This document shows positions 9,215-19,484 of a stretch of 64,000 nucleotides of DNA, in pieces. Positions within the stretch are counted from its first letter, which is position 1. Every line of letters begins with the position of its first letter. A program made the position numbers and the translations under genes. Location of the stretch: contig CAYSOT010000002.1 of NCBI GenBank assembly GCA_964432765.1, positions 38,220-102,219 on the forward strand, read 5' to 3'. The DNA comes from an uncultured Candidatus Saccharibacteria bacterium. Its GTDB lineage: Bacteria; Patescibacteriota; SICC01; CAYSOT01. Below the pieces are notes generated by a model. That model had not been told where the DNA came from. It did no database searches and saw nothing but the letters and a program-made list of their open reading frames with translations.

Positions 9215-11153
9215 CAACAAAACAAGCCAGTATCGCAAGCAGTGAGATTACATTTGGGATTGCCAAATACCACGGTGGTCGGTAGGAAATCTCTAGCTTC
9301 GAAACCTCCCCTGGTGCACTTAGCTGTAGAGTCGCGAGACTCGATTCTCGAGTTGCCAAACTGCGGCCGTCAGCCTTAGCACGTAACCACGGATGGTATG
9401 AAATTGCCAAGGACTGGTCACTTGTCATGATTGTTCCCTTTGGAAATTCGATGACATATTTATTTGGCGTGTATGCGGCACTAAGCGGTACATATCCCGC
9501 CGAGAAACCAAATGGCTGTACACTCTCTCCGAGATCGAAGATGGCAAACTGCTTTCCGGAAAATACCGGGGAGAGGTCCGGCATGTACGCGAGTTCATTA
9601 GCGGTACGTGGATTCGTCGTAACTATGTAGCGCACGCCTCGCTGGCGGAGTTGGGGTAGCTGTTCGCGCAGATACAGTGTCTGCGTAAGCGCTGACGCTG
9701 TTGTCACAGGCCCTTCTGCCGCCTTAGTCCCCTCGGGAAAATTTCCATCAAGATCCCAAATATTTTCATTTAGTAACGGTAAGCGCTGGTTTGCAAAATG
9801 AGGACTACCAAGCGGTATCCGACTATCCCAGTTGAATTCACTCAAAATAAACTCGCCGGGTCGCATATTTTCTTGCAAAAAGTTATTAACCTCGCGGATC
9901 TCACCTGTCAGGGAGTTGTCGGGCACAACACGAACAAATCCCCGCTTTTCATCGAGCGTTGGAAATACCACCAAGAACAGCAGAGAGACTACGGCAGCGG
10001 TGTAGACCGGAGCAACAACGCCAAAACTTGCATAGCGACGGGCGATCACCCAGATTTCGTAGATCCCGTAGGCCGCCAAGATCATCATTAGCCAAGCGAA
10101 GAAGGCATGGAAACGAATAAATTGCGAAGATGCAACTACCGATGAAAACGGGAGTGCGGCATTGATGATATTTAAGGAAAGCAGCAGGGAGAACAGCAGC
10201 GTTCCGGCGAAGAACCCAAAAAGACGCCACTTGCGATGCAATGCCATCGATCCTAGTCCGATGAGAGCGAGTAGCGAAATCGTTATTCCGCCGAAGTCTT
10301 CAGCAAGCACGAGCCCTTTCAATAGTTCGCCAAATGACTGCTGCTGAAGAGAACCGGTTGCCCCCCGGAAGCTTTCAGTCATTAATAATGGTGCCCACCA
10401 GTACGCGGAAACGGCAAGTGCTATCAAAACGATTGTCAGATATCTTTTTATGATTCGTGATGGGTTTTGATTGGCTATAGCGTGGCTTGCCAGCAGGGTA
10501 AGCGAGGCGAGCGCCCACCAGTACGCGGAAAAGGTATGGCTTAGGATGAGGCCGCCCGAAATAAGGCCCGTCATGATCAATTGCCGTCTACCACGATCCG
10601 GATCGTCTAGCTCTCGCTGCATCCGACCAAGGGCCCAGATGGCCATGATGAAACCTAGACCATTTGGCAAAAGCCCGACACCATACAATGCGCCAAGACC
10701 AAGCCCAAACGATGCGTTTAGAGCCAGCAGCAAGGTCGTACCGAGAGCAGCGAAGAAGCGAGGGAGCTTAAAACTTCTCAGAAAATAGTAGGTGACTGGT
10801 ACAAGTCCAATCCACAGCGCTGCCGTGAATATCCTCAGTGCGAGTTCCGCTGGAAATACGAGCGTCAGTGGTCCGAGCAAGTAATAAAGAAGCGGCGGGT
10901 AAAACTGAAACAGCTCAAAACCGCCGTGCCAATTCGGAAACCAGCCGTTTAACAGCCCGCTTGGCAACAATGTGTGGGCAAAAAAGTATGCTTTCAGTAG
11001 GTGCCCGCCTGCATCCCAGCCAGCAAGAAAGCCACTATTTGAAAGGGACGGCCAAATCGCCGCCAGCATTACACCGATCGTTCCACCAAGAATGGCATAT
11101 GCCGAAACCTGTTCCTGGAATCGACGATTTCTTAACTGGCTCATTAAACGCAT
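9135..11153 (-). CDS. Polytopic membrane protein, PTPS-related / GT-C-fold glycosyltransferase-like
   Basis: About 12-13 hydrophobic segments; first loop GWDAGGH..GWFPNWHGGFELFQFYPP; YfhO-like C-terminal soluble domain (SYHPWLRA) then final TM. Start at 11153 (TATGCT-N6-ATG). Confidence 0.75.
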   Translation of the reverse strand: MRLMSQLRNRRFQEQVSAYAILGGTIGVMLAAIWPSLSNSGFLAGWDAGGHLLKAYFFAHTLLPSGLLNGWFPNWHGGFELFQFYPPLLYYLLGPLTLVFPAELALRIFTAALWIGLVPVTYYFLRSFKLPRFFAALGTTLLLALNASFGLGLGALYGVGLLPNGLGFIMAIWALGRMQRELDDPDRGRRQLIMTGLISGGLILSHTFSAYWWALASLTLLASHAIANQNPSRIIKRYLTIVLIALAVSAYWWAPLLMTESFRGATGSLQQQSFGELLKGLVLAEDFGGITISLLALIGLGSMALHRKWRLFGFFAGTLLFSLLLSLNIINAALPFSSVVASSQFIRFHAFFAWLMMILAAYGIYEIWVIARRYASFGVVAPVYTAAVVSLLFLVVFPTLDEKRGFVRVVPDNSLTGEIREVNNFLQENMRPGEFILSEFNWDSRIPLGSPHFANQRLPLLNENIWDLDGNFPEGTKAAEGPVTTASALTQTLYLREQLPQLRQRGVRYIVTTNPRTANELAYMPDLSPVFSGKQFAIFDLGESVQPFGFSAGYVPLSAAYTPNKYVIEFPKGTIMTSDQSLAISYHPWLRAKADGRSLATRESSLATLQLSAPGEVSKLEISYRPPWYLAIPNVISLLAILACFVVILLPRRHRSNVKDRLRSQKARRKPR

Positions 11154-11203
11154 GCTCCCAGCATACCAAGCGGTAACTCCCAAGCCGCGATACAATGACA
11201 AAC

Positions 11204-13816
11204 GTGAAAGAGCTACCTAAAGCATATGATCCAATAGCGACTGAAGAAGCCGTCTATAGGCGCTGGGAAGATGCAAACTCTTTCAAGCCACTGACCGACC
11301 GGGATCCTAGTCTGGCGGCGAGCACACAGCCATACACCATCATCATGCCGCCGCCGAACGCTACCGGCAGACTTCACACTGGTCACGCAATTATGGTTGC
11401 AATCGAAGACGCACTGATTCGTTATCACCGCATGCGAGGTGACGATACGCTTTATCTGCCTGGCACTGACCACGCCGCGATTGCGACGAGCAGTGTGGTT
11501 GACCGTCAACTTGCCCAGGAAGGCATAGACAAACATGACCTCGGCAAAGAAGAGTTTGCGAAGCGCGCGAAGGCATTTGCGCTCGATAATAAGGCGTATA
11601 TAGAAGATCAACTTCGGGCGCTCGGTGCTTCGGCTGATTGGAGTCGTAATGCGTTCACGATGGACGAGAAGCGGGAAGAAGCCGTCAGAACTGCATTTCA
11701 TCGGCTCTATGAAAAGGGTCTAATCTACCGTGGCTCGTACATGGTTAATTGGTGTCCAACATGTCGAACGGTACTCGCTGACGACGAGGTTGAGCATACC
11801 GAACAAGAAGGTGTCCTTTATTACATGAAGTATGGTCCGTTCGAACTTGCGACAACGAGACCCGAAACGAAAGTTGGCGATACGGCGGTCGCAGTACATC
11901 CAGACGATACGCGTTATACGAAATATGTTGGCAAAGAAATCACAGTTAAAACGATTAACGGTGATCGTGAGTTGCGCGTGGTAGCAGACGAAATGGTCGA
12001 TCCTGAATTCGGAACGGGCGTCGTCAAGATCACTCCCTTCCATGATCAAAATGACTATGAGGTTTCAAAAAGGCATCACCTTGAAGCTATCGAGGTAATT
12101 GGAGAAGACGGCAAAATGACCGAGGCTGCAGGGCCCGACCTTGCCGGCCTGGATCGATTCGAAGCGCGCAGCAAGATGGTTGCCTGGCTCAAAGAAAACG
12201 ATCTTCTAATTCGGGAGGAGCTTCACCACAATTCGGTCGGACGCTGCTACCGCAGTGATGATGTCATCGAACCGCGAATTTCAAAGCAGTGGTTCTTGGC
12301 AGTTTCAAAATTGAAAAAGCCGGCACTTGAATTTGTTGATTCCGGGCAGCTTTCATTTGTGCCAAAACGTTTTGAAAAAACATACCGCGCCTGGATTGAG
12401 AATTTGTACGACTGGTGCATTTCACGCCAAGTATGGTTTGGGCATCCACTACCGGTGTACCTAAAGGGCGATGAGGTTTCACTCGAGCCAAAGGATGGAT
12501 TTACCGCATCAACAGATACTCTCGATACCTGGTTTTCATCTGCCCTGTGGCCATTCTCCACTATGGGCTGGCCAGACACCGACGCCCCTGATTTCAAACG
12601 ATTCTTCCCGGGTGATGTGCTCGAAACTGGCTACGACATCATTCCATTTTGGGTTTCTCGAATGATCTTGATGACGATCGCGCTTGATGTACGCAGCGCC
12701 AAAGAAGGTTCACTGCAACCGCCTTTCCATACCACCTACCTCCACGGACTCGTGCGAGATAAGCGGGGGCGCAAGTTTTCGAAGTCGCTTGGCAACGGGG
12801 TGGATCCGCTTGAACTGATTGGAAAATACGGGGCTGATTCACTCAGGTTCATGTTGGCAACCTCAGCATCGCCCGGGAACGACTTAAAGTTCGATGAGGA
12901 CCGTGTGGTTGCAGCACGTAACTTTGCCAATAAGCTCTGGAATATTGCTCGCTTCTGCATCGCTCAAGAGCTGCCACAAGAACCACTTACGAAGCTTCCC
13001 GAAGAAGCTCTAACAGCAATGGACAAGGGAATTCTCTCCAAGCTTGCGCACATCGTTAAACAAACCACAAAACACCTCGAGGAACATCAGCTGGGCTTGG
13101 CTGGCAACGGACTCTACGACTTTATTTGGTCGGACTTTGCTGACTGGTACGTCGAAGCCGCCAAAGTGCAGCTTCGAAATGAAGACACGGCACACTCCAC
13201 GAAAATTATCCTTAGAAACGTGCTTGAGACTGTTCTAAAACTACTTCACCCCTTTATGCCCTTTGTAAGTGAAACCATTTGGTCTGAAGGGCTTGGGCAA
13301 AAAGAAATGCTTATCCTCACCAAGTGGCCAGAAGAAACAAAAGAGTATGATGCCGCTAACTACGAGCTCGTTAAGGGCGTCATCGAGACTATTCGCAGTC
13401 TGCGAGCAGAAAAGCGCGTCGAGGCAGCCGCCTGGATTCAAGCTCACCTTGTGACAGAGAATCCGGAAGTTTTGTTAGATTCTGCCGATGTAATTAATGC
13501 GCTCGGTCGTATTAAAATACTCAAGGTGTCGATGGATCTTCCAGATACCAGCGAGGCGGTAACCGCGGTCCACGGACCAGTTACGGTTATTCTGCCTATG
13601 GCTGGTCTGCTTGATACTTCCAAAGAGGCTGACCGTTTACAGAAAGAGCTTGAGCGCGCCACAATGGAAGTTGAGCGACTACAAGGTCGACTCGACAACA
13701 AGCAGTATGTCAGCAAAGCTCCAGCCAGCGTCGTCGCCGAAACGAAGGAAAAGCTTGCCTCCGCCAAGGAGGAAAGGCAAACAATCGAAGAGCAGCTCGC
13801 GCGCCTTACACGCTAA
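11204..13816 (+). CDS. valS: Valine--tRNA ligase
   Basis: PPPNATGRLHTGH, DWCISRQ, DTWFSS, KFSKS, C-terminal coiled coil. GTG 11204 preferred because ATG 11195 lies inside the TACAAT box. Confidence 0.98.
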   Translation: MKELPKAYDPIATEEAVYRRWEDANSFKPLTDRDPSLAASTQPYTIIMPPPNATGRLHTGHAIMVAIEDALIRYHRMRGDDTLYLPGTDHAAIATSSVVDRQLAQEGIDKHDLGKEEFAKRAKAFALDNKAYIEDQLRALGASADWSRNAFTMDEKREEAVRTAFHRLYEKGLIYRGSYMVNWCPTCRTVLADDEVEHTEQEGVLYYMKYGPFELATTRPETKVGDTAVAVHPDDTRYTKYVGKEITVKTINGDRELRVVADEMVDPEFGTGVVKITPFHDQNDYEVSKRHHLEAIEVIGEDGKMTEAAGPDLAGLDRFEARSKMVAWLKENDLLIREELHHNSVGRCYRSDDVIEPRISKQWFLAVSKLKKPALEFVDSGQLSFVPKRFEKTYRAWIENLYDWCISRQVWFGHPLPVYLKGDEVSLEPKDGFTASTDTLDTWFSSALWPFSTMGWPDTDAPDFKRFFPGDVLETGYDIIPFWVSRMILMTIALDVRSAKEGSLQPPFHTTYLHGLVRDKRGRKFSKSLGNGVDPLELIGKYGADSLRFMLATSASPGNDLKFDEDRVVAARNFANKLWNIARFCIAQELPQEPLTKLPEEALTAMDKGILSKLAHIVKQTTKHLEEHQLGLAGNGLYDFIWSDFADWYVEAAKVQLRNEDTAHSTKIILRNVLETVLKLLHPFMPFVSETIWSEGLGQKEMLILTKWPEETKEYDAANYELVKGVIETIRSLRAEKRVEAAAWIQAHLVTENPEVLLDSADVINALGRIKILKVSMDLPDTSEAVTAVHGPVTVILPMAGLLDTSKEADRLQKELERATMEVERLQGRLDNKQYVSKAPASVVAETKEKLASAKEERQTIEEQLARLTR

Positions 13817-14810
13817 GCGCAGAGGATTAGTTTGGTTAGTGATCGCAGTAGGTCTGCTAATTCTATGTGTCGGCGCGTGGTTTGCCAGTGAGCCGATTCG
13901 TGAAAGCAAAGCATCGCAGTTTGATCGTGATGTCGCTTCCGCACTTTCTCAAAAAAACTATGCGCTTGCTGCTTCGCGCGCACATTATGCCTCAGTGCTT
14001 AGATCGTCGTCGGAGCGGAAACTTACCGAGGCCGCAACGTCGTTCCTTAATGAAGACTACAAAACATCGAGCAAACAGTTCTCGAATATACCTGGCAACG
14101 TCGGGGCAATCGGGCAGCTAGCCGCAGAGACGCGTGGCAAAATGCGGATAAGCAGCCTAGATGCAAATTCCTTAACTGGTGAGGAGCGTGTTGTTGCCAG
14201 CGCGCTCGCGCTCGATCGTGGTGATGTAGAGGAGCTGCGAACAATGCTCACAGGGCTAGCTATCGAGAATGATACAATCGCCGTTCTTGCAGCCTCCGCA
14301 ACTATGGTAGACGATCCAAGCAGGGCAGCTGCAGTGCTGGCTGCGTCACCTGGTGGTATCACGAGAATCAGCTCAAATATGCCTGCTTTCGCGACCATGC
14401 TTAATTCGATACTTGAGCAGTCGGGAGAGTCAATGAAAGCTTATTCTGCCAGATCGGCCGATGCGCAGCGTTCAAATTCAGAACCTTCTCGCTATCTATT
14501 CTTGACTGATGCGCTCTATCGGTCGGGTAAGTACTACAGTGCGGTGGCAATGAGCGAAAAAACCATGAGCCTGGCTCCAAACTCTAGAGATGCATACGTC
14601 GCGCAGGCACTAGGGCTTGCAGCACTCGGCAATCAGAAAGCAGCGAAGCGCTCAATTGAGACTGCACTAGAGATAGACCCTTCGTACGGCTATGCCTGGT
14701 TTATCAAAGGCAGAATCTTAGAGGCGCTTGGAGACACAAAAGGCTCAGCTACATCACAGCAGAACTCTGAGCGCTTTCTCTATACCCCCGCCCCGGAGCC
14801 GACTATATAA
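13707..14810 (+). CDS. Membrane-anchored TPR-repeat protein
   Basis: Single TM (GLVWLVIAVGLLILCVGAWF) and C-terminal TPRs (ALEIDPSYGYAWFIKGRILEALG). Start uncertain: ATG 13707 or GTG 13839. Confidence 0.75.
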   Translation: MSAKLQPASSPKRRKSLPPPRRKGKQSKSSSRALHAKRRGLVWLVIAVGLLILCVGAWFASEPIRESKASQFDRDVASALSQKNYALAASRAHYASVLRSSSERKLTEAATSFLNEDYKTSSKQFSNIPGNVGAIGQLAAETRGKMRISSLDANSLTGEERVVASALALDRGDVEELRTMLTGLAIENDTIAVLAASATMVDDPSRAAAVLAASPGGITRISSNMPAFATMLNSILEQSGESMKAYSARSADAQRSNSEPSRYLFLTDALYRSGKYYSAVAMSEKTMSLAPNSRDAYVAQALGLAALGNQKAAKRSIETALEIDPSYGYAWFIKGRILEALGDTKGSATSQQNSERFLYTPAPEPTI

Positions 14811-16278
14811 ATGCGAACAAGGTACTACGCAGCCCCGGATCGCTCCCGGGTGAATATGCATTAAATACCGACTTAAAAGTTGGTCCCGAAACAGTTTTCG
14901 TACCATCTGATCCGATGATTTGCAGTGACGTCACCCTACCCCCAACACCGCGGCCAACAATCTTGATGGTTTGCAGTTGCCCAACGTTCGTTCGGCTGTC
15001 CCGGCTGATGATTGCCTGCATTTGCTCACGACTATAGACAGCCGTACGCCACTCCCAGTGCGGCGAATCAGTCTCCCAAGGCGAAGATGCCCCACGCAAC
15101 CATGGCAGTGGCGTACCACCCCATACATTCTCATTGTTTTCCGTATAACCACCGGACGTTGAATGGAAATAGGCTGGTATGACCTGACCGGCATAGGCCA
15201 GTACCTGCCCGCGTGTTTCTGCAACCGCCCTTCTAGCATTGGCTGTCTGCAGCGACGGCCCAACCCAAGCCTGGGTGCGCGGTGAGTTATCTAGACGACT
15301 GCGGTTGATGTATGCATAGGAACGCGCTGCAACCGCCTGGGCCTTTAATGCTTCCATTGGCCAGTTCGAATTCATTTCCGCTTCAACAACGCCGACAAGA
15401 TATGTCTCCAGGTCTCCCCCGACGTTGACTTGAGGGTTATCACCAATAGTGATTATCGATGTGGCTAGATAATAGTGGCTGAGAATATCCCGATAGTTCT
15501 TGCCTTGCTGAGCCATCCCTTTGGCTCCGTACTGGCTCATCCCTAAACCGTGCTCTGTTCCACCGCCGATAAATGCAAAGCGACCACCGATTGGTTCATT
15601 ATTATTGATCCAGACTCGATTATTTCTGTTGTAATTGCCCGTTAGTCCAGCGAGCGCTGCCTCTAGTGCATTTGCGGCATCCTGATTCGCAGCATTCTCG
15701 GCGAGTTGACGTTGTAAGTCAGAGATTCGTCGTTGCAGGTCGGCAATCTGCGTTTCGATTCCGTTTTGGACTGTCACGACATCACGGCGCTCTTTATCTA
15801 GCTTCTGCAAATTCGCATCGACGTCTTCGAGAATTGAAACTCTTTTCGAAACCATAAACTGCGCGTATTGCCCTCGGCTAAGAAACTCTGTCAGGCTACC
15901 GCTTCCGACTAGTGCTCCGATCAGCGAGTCATTATCGCCTGCGATATACGAAGCAGTCATAAACTGATCCCGCTGTTTCTTCAGAGCGTTCATGCGCTTA
16001 GTTATGTCGTCGACCTTTGCTTTGCTTGCTGCAACCAAACTTTGCTGCTTAGCAAGTTGTGCTTGGAACGCTTGAATGCCTTCACTGGAAGCGCCTAGCT
16101 GCTGCTGTAAATCCCCCGCTTGTGAGGCAAAAATAGTTTGCTGGGTACGAATATCATCAAGCTGCTTAAGCAATGCGTCATCCGACTCAGTCCTCCCGCT
16201 GGATGGAAAAAGGGAGCATGCCAATACTACGCTTAGAAACGCTGAAATTGTCCTTCTAGATGCTCTGCTAAATATCAC
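14803..16278 (-). CDS. Secreted SpoIID/LytB-domain lytic transglycosylase with N-terminal coiled coil
   Basis: Signal peptide, PcsB/CwlO-like coiled coil, HGLGMSQYGA, LETYLVGVVEAEM, EALKAQAVAARSYA, FHSTSGG. Confidence 0.9.
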   Translation of the reverse strand: MIFSRASRRTISAFLSVVLACSLFPSSGRTESDDALLKQLDDIRTQQTIFASQAGDLQQQLGASSEGIQAFQAQLAKQQSLVAASKAKVDDITKRMNALKKQRDQFMTASYIAGDNDSLIGALVGSGSLTEFLSRGQYAQFMVSKRVSILEDVDANLQKLDKERRDVVTVQNGIETQIADLQRRISDLQRQLAENAANQDAANALEAALAGLTGNYNRNNRVWINNNEPIGGRFAFIGGGTEHGLGMSQYGAKGMAQQGKNYRDILSHYYLATSIITIGDNPQVNVGGDLETYLVGVVEAEMNSNWPMEALKAQAVAARSYAYINRSRLDNSPRTQAWVGPSLQTANARRAVAETRGQVLAYAGQVIPAYFHSTSGGYTENNENVWGGTPLPWLRGASSPWETDSPHWEWRTAVYSREQMQAIISRDSRTNVGQLQTIKIVGRGVGGRVTSLQIIGSDGTKTVSGPTFKSVFNAYSPGSDPGLRSTLFAFI

Positions 16279-18244
16279 GCGCGACTCGCCAGACTTCTTC
16301 GATGGTCGTTACACCGGTCAAGGCCTTAATTAATCCATCGGCCTCCATCGTCATCATACCGTCCTTCTTGGCAGCTTCAGTGATATCCGAAACTGGGGCA
16401 TGCGCTATCGCCAAGCGTTCAATTTCGTCGCTCGGCACAAGTACTTCATAAATTCCGATCCGTCCGCGGTAGCCCGTGTTGTTGCACTTGGCGCAACCTG
16501 AGCCAAGCAAATATAGCCATTCTTTCTCTGGGGGTAGCGAATCAAGCGCCTTTGGCTCTTCCTTGAGCCGTGCCCGGACTTCGGAAATTACCTCTGGTTC
16601 TGGCTTCACTTCAGATGCACACTCACTACAAACCTTGCGCACGAGTCGCTGCGCAATAACGACGTTCACGGCGTTTGATAGCAAGAATGGTCGCACTCCA
16701 AGATCAATCAGGCGGGGAATCGCCGTCGGGGCATCGTTGGTGTGAAGCGTCGAAAGAACGATATGCCCAGTCAGTGATGCTTGGGTTGCCATCTCGGCGG
16801 TCAGTTGGTCGCGTATCTCACCAACCATCACAATATCTGGGTCGAGTCGCAAAACAGACCTGAAGCCTTCGCCGAAGTCATAGCCTTCATCCGGTTTTAT
16901 TTGTGACTGCATAATTCCTTCCATACGATATTCGACCGGGTCTTCAAGTGTGATTATTTTCTTGCCTGGGTCATTAAGCATGGCGAGCAAGGCGTACAAC
17001 GTTGTCGTCTTACCAGAACCGGTTGGCCCGGACTCGAGCACTAACCCTTGTGGTCGTTTGATCGCTTCGAGCACCTTAGTAAGAGGTTCGCCGGTGAGTC
17101 CGAGAGAATCTATCGATATACTCAAGTTTCCCCGGTCGAGAAGCCTCATTGTAATCGCCTCACCATACTGAACCGGTACCGTGGCCACGCGGATATCAAG
17201 TTCATGTGGCTTATTGTCATACGTATCATTAATCGTAAAACGACCGTCTTGTGGAAGCTTGGCGACATCCAGCTTCAGCTTCGCCAAAAACTTCAGTCGC
17301 GACATAATCGAATTCGTTACATTTGGTGGGAGTTTCACCACATCCTGCAGGACGCCATCGAGTCGATAGCGTATCTTCACTCCATCCTGCACAGGTTCGA
17401 TATGGACATCCGATGCGCCAACAGACACGGCTCCCGTCAGCAAGAGATCAATGAGCTTCGTAGTCGGCACATTCTGGATCTTGTTTTTTAAATCAACCAG
17501 ATTGCGAATTTCCTCGCTGAACTCCTTTTTCGACTCACGCGCCACCGTAACATCGGAAGCTTCTGCTCGTTCGGCAGGTATTTCATCGTAAAGCTTGATG
17601 GCATACTCGTATGAATCGTCGCCGATTACCGATACGAGAAAGTCGAATCCTGTTGCATCGCGTAGCTCTTGGACACGATTGAGTGCTTCTTTGTTGTTTG
17701 GGTTCGTAATACCAAGACGAACTTTCTTACCCGCTTTTAGATAGGAAATAACCCCATTATTCTTAGCCAAATCACGAGGCACGATCGTCAGCACTTCCGG
17801 CGATATTGGATATCCAAGAATCCGCGCAAATGGCAAGTTGGCACGTTTAGCTAGTTCGCGACGCTCCTGCTCGGCAGCCTCGATCTTGAGCCGATCAACC
17901 ACTTTTCCAACGTCGACCCTGGCAAACATGTCGACATCTATATCGTTGTCGTGCTCTGCCTCAACTTGTAGCGGAGCAGCGTCAGGGTCTATGACTGAAG
18001 GCGTTACGTCCCCCAGTTTTTTGGACTGCTCTTGTCTGCTCTGTCGCAAACTGGCTGTCACTTCTTGTGTCTGAATATCGTTAGTGACTGGCGTAGCCAT
18101 ATCTGCACCCGCCGTATCTGTCGGGTTTTGGGCAGACGCTGGAGTCGGCGCAAAGTTAGCGCCGCTTCGCATATCTTTTTGAACGAAGTCTTGGAGCTTA
18201 GCTTGCTCCATAGGTGTCATCTTGTTGAAAAAATCTCGTGCCAT
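16268..18244 (-). CDS. pilB: GspE/PilB type IV pilus assembly ATPase
   Basis: ASDVHIEP, PQDGRF, GPTGSGKT, TLEDPVE, DPDIVMVGEIRD, CxxC..CxxC, GYRGRIGIYE. Confidence 0.93.
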   Translation of the reverse strand: MARDFFNKMTPMEQAKLQDFVQKDMRSGANFAPTPASAQNPTDTAGADMATPVTNDIQTQEVTASLRQSRQEQSKKLGDVTPSVIDPDAAPLQVEAEHDNDIDVDMFARVDVGKVVDRLKIEAAEQERRELAKRANLPFARILGYPISPEVLTIVPRDLAKNNGVISYLKAGKKVRLGITNPNNKEALNRVQELRDATGFDFLVSVIGDDSYEYAIKLYDEIPAERAEASDVTVARESKKEFSEEIRNLVDLKNKIQNVPTTKLIDLLLTGAVSVGASDVHIEPVQDGVKIRYRLDGVLQDVVKLPPNVTNSIMSRLKFLAKLKLDVAKLPQDGRFTINDTYDNKPHELDIRVATVPVQYGEAITMRLLDRGNLSISIDSLGLTGEPLTKVLEAIKRPQGLVLESGPTGSGKTTTLYALLAMLNDPGKKIITLEDPVEYRMEGIMQSQIKPDEGYDFGEGFRSVLRLDPDIVMVGEIRDQLTAEMATQASLTGHIVLSTLHTNDAPTAIPRLIDLGVRPFLLSNAVNVVIAQRLVRKVCSECASEVKPEPEVISEVRARLKEEPKALDSLPPEKEWLYLLGSGCAKCNNTGYRGRIGIYEVLVPSDEIERLAIAHAPVSDITEAAKKDGMMTMEADGLIKALTGVTTIEEVWRVARDI

Positions 18245-18275
18245 AGGCGTCGTGTCTTTGTCTGTAAATTACGAA

Positions 18276-18304
18276 ACCATACCATTTTTTGACCCAACTG
18301 TCAA
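18276..18304 (-). promoter_or_regulatory. Sigma-70 promoter of pilB
   Basis: TTGACA-17 nt-TATGGT with TG extension; TTGAC-N6-GTCAA inverted repeat at 18289-18304. Confidence 0.7.
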
Positions 18305-18342
18305 GAACTAAGGGTTCAGTATGGCACGCTGTGTAGTCTGTC

Positions 18343-19392
18343 TCAAGATGTAGCGTGGGCAAGCACAACGTCGCCAAGCTGCCTGCGAACGCCGTTGATT
18401 GCATCGCGACTGTTTGGCCGGTGTGGATGCACATGATTTGAAAGCAAAACCCATCCGACTTGTTGCTTTGGCCAAACAACCAATGAACATCCGGTAAATC
18501 CTGTTTTGCCAAAAACCCCAGATGGAATACCCGTAGCCATCCAAGAGCGCTCTAGCTCGAAACCAAACGTTACCCTATCTTCGACCTCAGGAACCTGATC
18601 TTCGCTCAGGAGTGCGATTGTGGAGGGCTTAAGTATTGCCACGTTATTAAACGAACCGTCATGCACAAGCGCTTCAACTGGACGCAACATATCACGCACA
18701 CACGAAAAGAGTCCTGCGTGGCCAGTAGTCTCACCATCGGCAGATAAAGTTCGGGCGCTTTCGTCGTGTACGATGCCATGAAGTGCCCGATCGCCCACTA
18801 TTTCGGTCGGTGCAATTTCTGCTAGTTCTGCAATTGTCGCGGCATGAAAAGACGTTCGCGACATTCCAAGGGGTTTAAATAGTTTTTTGTCTGCGAGTGT
18901 ATCCAGCGGCTCTCCTGCCAAACGCTGGATAACACGTCCGAGCAGATAGGCAGGAAAGTTCGTATAAAGATACTCACTGCCAGGAATACCGCGCAGGGGT
19001 TCGCTCAGGATGCGCTTTCGCAGCGCCTTTGCATCAGAAGCGTATTTTGAGAACGGAAAACCAATCACGGTATAGGTCAAGAGGTGACGAATTTTAATAT
19101 CTGCACCACCCGGGGCCACATATTCCGGAAGGTACTGGGGCACCGACTCATCAAGCGCAAGCTTGCCCGCCTCAATAAGCTGCAAGGCCAATAGCGCAAT
19201 CGGTACAGACTTTGTCAGGGAAGCTACATCGTAAACGGTTTCCGGCTGCACAAGGGGAGCGTTCTCCTCATACGTTATCGCTCCAGCTGTAATGAATGAG
19301 GTTTTTCCGTCACAAATGATACCAACCGCCGCGCCAGGAAACACCTTGGCACTTATTGCGTTGTTTAAAATTGATGCGATTTCGGCGTTCAC
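18343..19392 (-). CDS. Serine hydrolase, beta-lactamase/AmpC-like family (AmiE/YbbE-like)
   Basis: SxxK (ASLTK), YxN (YTN), KTG, plus GIVHDESAR and GHAGLFS. Confidence 0.88.
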   Translation of the reverse strand: MNAEIASILNNAISAKVFPGAAVGIICDGKTSFITAGAITYEENAPLVQPETVYDVASLTKSVPIALLALQLIEAGKLALDESVPQYLPEYVAPGGADIKIRHLLTYTVIGFPFSKYASDAKALRKRILSEPLRGIPGSEYLYTNFPAYLLGRVIQRLAGEPLDTLADKKLFKPLGMSRTSFHAATIAELAEIAPTEIVGDRALHGIVHDESARTLSADGETTGHAGLFSCVRDMLRPVEALVHDGSFNNVAILKPSTIALLSEDQVPEVEDRVTFGFELERSWMATGIPSGVFGKTGFTGCSLVVWPKQQVGWVLLSNHVHPHRPNSRDAINGVRRQLGDVVLAHATS

Positions 19393-19484
19393 CTGCTCAG
19401 AATACCAGTAATCCCGGAGCAGCTAGTGGCGTTATTATTGGCGGCAAGGTAGCATACACAGTTATCACGATAGATACTTAAGCT

